Source: Euglena gracilis (lineage: Eukaryota). From it: a stretch of DNA of 64,000 nt. This document shows positions 57,452-64,000 of this stretch, piece after piece. Location of the stretch: assembly GCA_039621445.1 (NCBI GenBank), contig CP154954.1:27803735-27867734 (forward strand). Direction: 5' to 3'. Both the position numbers and the translations under genes were made by a program. Within the stretch, counting starts at the first letter, position 1, and every line of letters begins with the position of its first letter. The notes beneath the pieces were generated by a model, which ran no database searches, was not told where the DNA came from, and was given only the letters and a program-made list of their open reading frames with translations.

Positions 57452-60400
57452 GCCGAAGTCCTGTGCGGGTGAGAGTAATGCACATACCAAGTTCTCAGGG
57501 TGGGAGAGGCGAGAGTCGAAGGTGAAATAGAAGGGCGGTGAGGGGCACAGTACGGAGGGGAGATAGCGAGTGTGAGAGGAAAGTGTACAGCGGCAGGGAA
57601 GGTTCAATAGAACGGCCACGGGGACTGTTGAGTGTTGAGGTTGTGGCAGCGACAAGTTTATGTTTGGGTTTAGGGGAGTTGGCGCAGGGAAGGCTCTGTT
57701 TTCAGTGCGGTAAGGGTTTGGACGTGTTTTTAGTCTTGTGGTTGGTTATGCGTACGGTTGGTGTGTCATGGAGCCTTCGGCCCTGTGGTCAAATTGCTTA
57801 CTCCGTCTCATATGGGCAATGGGTGGTGGGATCCACCGTTCCAGATGGCTCCACCACTGTTCCTCAAGCCAATTGACAGCCACTTCTCTTGTCAATGTGG
57901 GACACAGGTTGCCGATGGTTGGGTACCGTTGTTTACTTTTTTGACAAGTTATGAATGGTTTAAGGACAATTGTTTGTTCTGGGTCTAGGGGTCGTAGTGG
58001 TCTTCTTTACAGACAATACGGCTGGTGTATGGTGTTGGTTACGTCTGGATCTGTGTCGTTGCCTGCATACCGTCCCCAGATTACTTGTCGCGCGATCTCT
58101 CGCGCAACAGTGATTGATAGAAGTTGCCATGTGTCGGCCTCAGTTTTGCGTTTTGACCATGCATCTTGTTGACCGAGGAGAAGCTTCATCAGTGTTGACA
58201 TTAAGGATAGCGCTTCTTGGCCTAAGCCGCCATAGCAGTCAACAACAAATGGAATGCAGGTCCATCCCATCCTCCCACAGGTGGCGTCATATTTTGAATG
58301 TTTTTCCTTCTCTTGGCGTTCATACCATTCAGTTAGTTCAGCTGTGTCACGCAACGGTCTGTACGGTGCTGCTGTGTGTCTCACTGTGATATCCACTGCT
58401 CCAGGACCATTGGCGTCAAGTCTGCTGATGAGCACATCGCCCGGGCGTGTTCTCTCTAGACCTCCTTGTTCTTTTTTTGCTGTAAACCCAGCATCATGTG
58501 CCAGTTGGAACACAAAGTCCTGGATTGCACCATGTCGCCGCGTGATGCCATTTGAGCTGCAGCATACAAGGTGATTACCCAGGTTGACCATTGGCTTGGT
58601 GCAGCGTGGGCACGTTGATCACGTTGGTGGGCAAACTGGTGCTCCCAGTGACCACTTTAGAAATCCTTTGAATTCGGCAGAAGCGACCAATGTTTTCAGT
58701 CCAGAGGATGGTGTGACAGAAGCCCAGGCCATTGCGTGGGGCCGCTGTTGGCTTGCGAACCGGACGGCGTCTTGACCGTGAATGTTGGAGGATAATACCT
58801 TTTGTCGTTGTTTCGCAAAGCATTCACCCCACCACTTCTGTTGAATGTGAGGGCTTTGGGCTTCGTTCAAGAGTGATACATCCGCGGCCCATGTGTGCGT
58901 TGGGGGAGTTCCTTCGAGGATGGAGTTGGCAGAGGACAGGCACTCCGCAGTGTCTTTCGGTACTCCTCGGTCTGCCAGGCCCAGGGTGCGTCTGCCATTG
59001 CTGACAAACGTCACAATGCCGGATATCCGTGCTGGGAGACGTTCCCGTGATGGGTTCCGAATTCCGAGTCCGCCATGACGCACAGGTAGGGTGGCCTGAG
59101 CCCATTGGTTGTCATCGATGGGGGATCCAACAATGTTGCTCATTGTGTTCCTGATTTCTTTGGTCAACAAAGCACATGCGTCATTTGCCTGCCCCAGTTC
59201 TGTTGCACGCAGGAGGTCATTAACTTTGCATGCATCTAGGCAGGTTCGTAAGAGGCAGAACTGAATATAGGCCTGCGGCAGGTTCAAAAGGGCCCGGCAA
59301 GCTTTTGCACACTTGTTGCACGTTCAGCCCACACTTCCCCCGCAAAGCCTCCACTTTGTGGATAGCATACCGGGATCCCAGGGCCCGTATACCAGAATCG
59401 GGGGAGTATTTCACGATTGGGACTGCACGAAGTGGGCTGTTTTGCGGCATTTCAGCACGATTGGCTTCTGTTGCTGCAGGGCCCCACAGGCGGCATTTTT
59501 TTGCGTTGAGGTGTATGCCTAGTAGCGTCCCCTGTCGTTGAATTTCTGTAATTGCTGCATGTAATTGTGGGAGGGTTCCCAGGATGTGTCCATCATCCAA
59601 ATACCACAATTGGAGTGGAACCACGTCTTGCAAGGACTCAACGAGAGATTGCAGCGCCAAGGCGAATCCGGCTGGGCCACAAGGGTCCCCTTGTTGTACG
59701 CCAGAGGCACTCCGAAGGTGTGATGACCCACAAAAGAGCGGGCTGTGTTCGACGTAGCAACTCTCGAACCAAACGTACGCCTCCGGGCAGCGTTTAGCCA
59801 CTTCAGCAACGACTGTCTTTCTTTTCACGCAATTAAAAGCATTGCTGAAATCTACCTGTAACAAAGCCTAGGTGCTGTCCTGTTGCATGTGCAGGTGATT
59901 TACTTCTTGCTGCAGTCCCATAGCAATGAGTTCACATGCCCCCTGGACCCCTACACCGCATTGTAGTGGCTGCAGTTCTTTAAGGTGGTCCCTGATTTTG
60001 GGGTGCCTCATCAAATATTTGCCCACCAATCGGCGCAGGCATTCCCCAGCTGCAATTGGTCGCGTGCCATCCTTCTTTGGGTCAGGAATGGGGTTGGCAT
60101 TGCCAAGCTCATCAAGGTTTTCGCTTGGATTGCAGGGTTTTCGAAGAGGAGTCAAACGGGCACCAGCGAAAATCCATGCCACTGAGTTGTGAATTCCGTT
60201 TGTCAAACATGTTCGGATGAATTGGTCCAAAATTGTGAGGAGTTGTTCAGATTGTGTCCCCAGGGGATCAGAGAGCATGTCTTTGAGACGATCTGGACGA
60301 AGTCCAAACGGTCCTGGTGAGGACTCCTTCGGGAATGACATGACTGCTTTCCGTATTTCAATTAGGCGCTCCCTGGTTGCATCTTCACTGAGATCGAATT

Positions 60401-63400
60401 CGAGGCGAGGGAAGTCCGGAGGCAGATTTTGCCTTCCAGGTTGGGGTTCAGGAGGGTGCAAGGCAGCCAACCGTTCCAAGATTAGCGGGTCATCTGCATC
60501 TTGGATTCCATCAGAAGTCAGCATGCGGCAGGCTTTACTGACCGCCCCATGGCTGACAAGGCTTTGAACACGGTTGCACAATCTTTCTTAACTTTCTGCT
60601 TCGAAATTTTTTGTCTGACTTCGTGTTCTCTTCTTTGGGTTTTGTGCATCGCGAATTTGGCGAGTCTCATCCCACGAATCTTCTGTGGACCGGTTGAGGT
60701 AGGCATTGGCTCTCTCAGTAATTTTCCGTCCAACTGCAGCCCAATGGCTTTTCCCGCTGCGCTTCAATGGAGCAAGCACAGCTTTTGGGAAGCACCAAAG
60801 TGCGTGTAGGGTCTCCCATCCTGGCTTGGACACAAAGCGACTGAGGGTGCTGCAAAAGGCGAGCCCAACGTTTCGCAACGCTCACCGTGGGATATGGACC
60901 AACGTGCCTCGACTGTCTTGGGAAATTTCTTCCCAAGATGGCTGAAGTGGTGGGCAAGGTTGCGAGAAGGGAGTGACTTGCAGCGTATCAGCGTTCGTCG
61001 AGGATTGCGCTGGTGCTGGGGCCACGGGGGGCTGCGGCCTTCGACCATTTAGGCACTCTTGCTCTTGCCCTTGTGGTGAGGGTAGGCGAGAACAGCGGCG
61101 TCGAGTGCATTGGAAACCAAGATCCAAGGAGTGGTCGCTCCGTCGGCGGCACAGCAGAGGTCTGTGCGGCTGAGGCCATTTCAACGTCCTCCTGCTGGGG
61201 AGGGCGGGTTTTTGTGGGACCTGGGTTGCTTTCAATGTCGCCACAACTGGCAAGGCTTTTACCCCTGCCACACCAGGGGGGACTGTACCCATACCGCGTT
61301 TTTTCCTGGTCAATCAGTTGCCGTACATGGTTGGCGTGCCCTGGGGCCACATTAGACAACTTAGAAGGCCCTGGGGCCAGAGGGCAAGTCGGTCGTCGGC
61401 AATGGGGCCGGGTGCTAGGTCGCAGGGATAGGGGTCCTTCACGTGGGGTTATCCGGTGAATAGGTCCCGGCTGGAGCTGAACGTCACCACAAAGTGTGAC
61501 ATCTTGGTGTGTGGGCGTCTCGGCTATGACAGCGTCGTTAGGGCTTATGTCACCGTGTTGGTCACCTCGTTGGTAGTTTGGTTGTCTTTGTGCTGTCCGT
61601 CGTGCCCTCCGGACATGACGGTCAACTGAAACTACTGATCTTGTCGGACGTAAGAAGGCCATGATGTCCAGGATATCAACGGTGTGCACATTCAATGGGG
61701 AGAGGTCGGACGAGGAGGGCTCCGTTGGGGGTACTCTGGGGAAAGTGCCTCTCGGCCGGAGAACGTTGGTAGTGTCATTAGGTGAATAGGGGGCAGGTAG
61801 AGGTGAAAGGCCTCGCCGATGTTGCATACTTCGGACCATAAACAAGTCAGCAACCACATAATGGCATGCACACTCGATGGGGAGTCGTGACGTGGTGGTC
61901 GATGTGGCCATAGCCCTATGAGCACAAACAGAACTCCTCTCAAAACTTCCCAACATTCGGTGAGCTCATAGACGGTAGTGTCCTGAACCAGGACATCGGA
62001 AGGGAAGGCGTCTCGGAAAGTTTGAAGTTCTGCATTCACCTCTTGAAGGCTCGCCAGCAATCTGTGCCGAACGAAGTTTTCTTGAAGTCCCCTGGAGACA
62101 GGGATTGTCGGTCTTTCCATGGTGGCCAGACGGAAGTAGATGGGTCCTGGTTGTGTTTGGACGTCACCATGGGTGGTGATTCGTTCCCCCCTTCAAGTCG
62201 GCTGGTGTCCTGCTGAAAACTTTTCCCGGGTTTGTTCTGCCGTGTATCCTCGGCTTGTTACGGAGTGTACTTTTGCTATCTCAGTAGATGGAAATACTGT
62301 GGCTGAAAAAAACAGGGCAGGTTTCCCTGTGGTGCAAGCACCAACCTGCCGAGGCAGTGATGGTTTCAATGTCACACAAAGTGCATTTCAGTCAGTATGT
62401 AGCTTTGGGAAGAAGTGATTGGGAGGAGCCATCGGGGCCTTTCCGCAACGGTAGTTCGGCCTTGATCCGAAAGAAATCAGTCATGTTCATGGCAACAAGT
62501 TGGTCCAATAGATCCATGACTTCACCACAGGGGCCATTAACTGCCGTCAGCGGGCCTGGATTGGTTTCCACATCACCCATTGTTGTCAGGGAATCACCTC
62601 GCCCCGTCTTCAGAAATGCGTCTTCCGGATTCTTCCCCCCGTGTGGGCTTGCAGAGCGGGGGTGTATGTTGCCGACTGTTTCTGCCATGTGGAATTTTTT
62701 TTGTGCCAGCACAAGAGTAATAGTCCGACAGGGAGTCATTTGAGTCATCAAGATCGCTGGCGGTCCATACAGACGGGGAAAGACGATCAGCCAATCCAAC
62801 CTCACACGCAAACTGTAACGGTCTGGGCATGTCTTCCATCTGCCAAATTCTTGGGCAGTATCGCCAGGCAATGGGCAGGGTTGGTTCTCGGGAGGGTGTC
62901 AGCCTCTTCTTTGTCCTCGGGGGGCAGACTGCTTCTGCTGCAGGCACTTTTTGTTTGATTTTTTGTGCGATAGCTCGGCGTACTTTATCTATGTGCGACA
63001 TGTCCACTCCTTCCTCACGTTGTTCCTCTGGTCGGTATTGATGAAGAATCTGGGCGATTCTGATCCGTTCCAGGATGAGGTTCTTTTTTGGTGGGGGGGG
63101 GGGGCGATTGCACAACGTTTGGCGCTGCCAGTGGCAACGTGAGTTTCATGTCTGTGTGCACCATTTTTTGTGACTGCCGAATGTCCACTGTTCTGCCGAT
63201 GTCGACCCACTTTTCCTGAATAATGGCCAGTTTTCTGGCAACCATCTCGTGAAATAAAATGCCTCCTGCTTGCTGTCTCATGCGCCTTCTCCAAAAAAAT
63301 TCTTCCCTGAGGGACCGAAACTCTGGTGTTTCCCAAACTGGGACCCCTTCAAGGGGGGTGTTGGGTGGGGAGGCTGGTAAATCTGTTGCCTGGGGGGGGT

Positions 63401-63526
63401 CTTGCCATTGAAAGGGGCTGGGTTCCTCCTGCAGGATCACTGTGCCCAGTTTGGCCCACTGTGTGCCATCAAACGTGGTGGGTTTTGTTGGAATTTTAAA
63501 AATGCGAAACGGTGGACCTGGCCCCC
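57452..63526 (-). mobile_element. 5'-truncated CRE-like retrotransposon G2 (same family as G1)
   Basis: Colinear with 49970-56246; 2A-like motifs at 62551-62577, 62142-62168, 61462-61488 and 61216-61242; RT 59220-60581; RLE 58007-58591; A9 tail at 57391-57399. Confidence 0.92.
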
Positions 63527-63528
63527 AG

Positions 63529-63957
63529 TGTACGTCCCACCCCGGCTTTTCTACTTAAGGTTTTCCCCTGAAAAGCCCGTGGGGGGAGTAACAATAAAGT
63601 TTGCTTCCCTTTTCACCTTTTGAATGCAAAGCACACAAGCAGAAGAATTGGTGGGACCGCAGTCCCTTATATGATTGTGACTTTTGCTCTTTGGAGCTTT
63701 GTAAAAGAAAGAAAGAAAACTTCTATTCAAATGGGACTTCGCCCTCAGAATTCTAAAACAGAATTGCAAAGCACCAAACCCTGTAACCTTGAATTAGGAA
63801 CCAGTTACTTTCGCTAAGCGTTCGCTAGCTCCGAGATTCTCTCTTTGTCTTATGGTTTTAACCATGCCACTGTGTACGGCCCGGCCGTAGCCAGGTTGTA
63901 GGCCGTAGCCCCTTGTATCTGGTACACAGTGCCATGGCAGTATGGCTGCCTTGTACA
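63529..63957 (-). repeat. LTR of X-family element X3 (~429 bp)
   Basis: Minus strand GGGAGGGGGAtg|TGTAC...GACGTACA|ct; similar to the X1/X2 LTR 3' halves. An alternative start is at 63926. Confidence 0.6.
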
Positions 63958-64000
63958 CATCCCCCTCCCAGGGCTCTGCCCGATTTCCCTTCTGGACCAG

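Overview
Eukaryotic, almost entirely transposon-derived DNA, most likely from a euglenid: it holds a 25-nt match to the Euglena-type spliced leader (SL) as I recall it. I found no host housekeeping gene, rRNA, tRNA gene or CRISPR array. (1) 1-8.26 kb and 63.5-64 kb: decayed LTR-retroelement pieces (TG...CA LTRs, tRNA-iMet-type primer-binding sites, two inverted gag pseudogenes with CCHC knuckles, no pol). (2) 8.3-22.8 kb and 47.3-63.5 kb: a cluster of eight CRE-clade-like non-LTR elements or fragments (RT with YLDD plus restriction-like endonuclease; labelled A-F, G1, G2), all frameshifted or truncated. Three begin with an SL-exon copy just before their ATG. Three families encode 2A/StopGo motifs, four per element in G1/G2. 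Six share a ~55-nt structured 3' terminus followed by a short variable linker and often an A-tail. (3) 22.85-47.29 kb: a tandem LTR-internal array (5 LTRs, ~5.1-5.3 kb period) of a non-autonomous LTR element with an unknown coiled-coil ORF, flanked by a 2.7-kb duplication. Two TA-flanked TIR elements are nested in these. Best candidate for an undescribed system: SL-leadered CRE-like retrotransposons with a multi-2A polyprotein. All calls were made by eye without searches; some boundaries are approximate.
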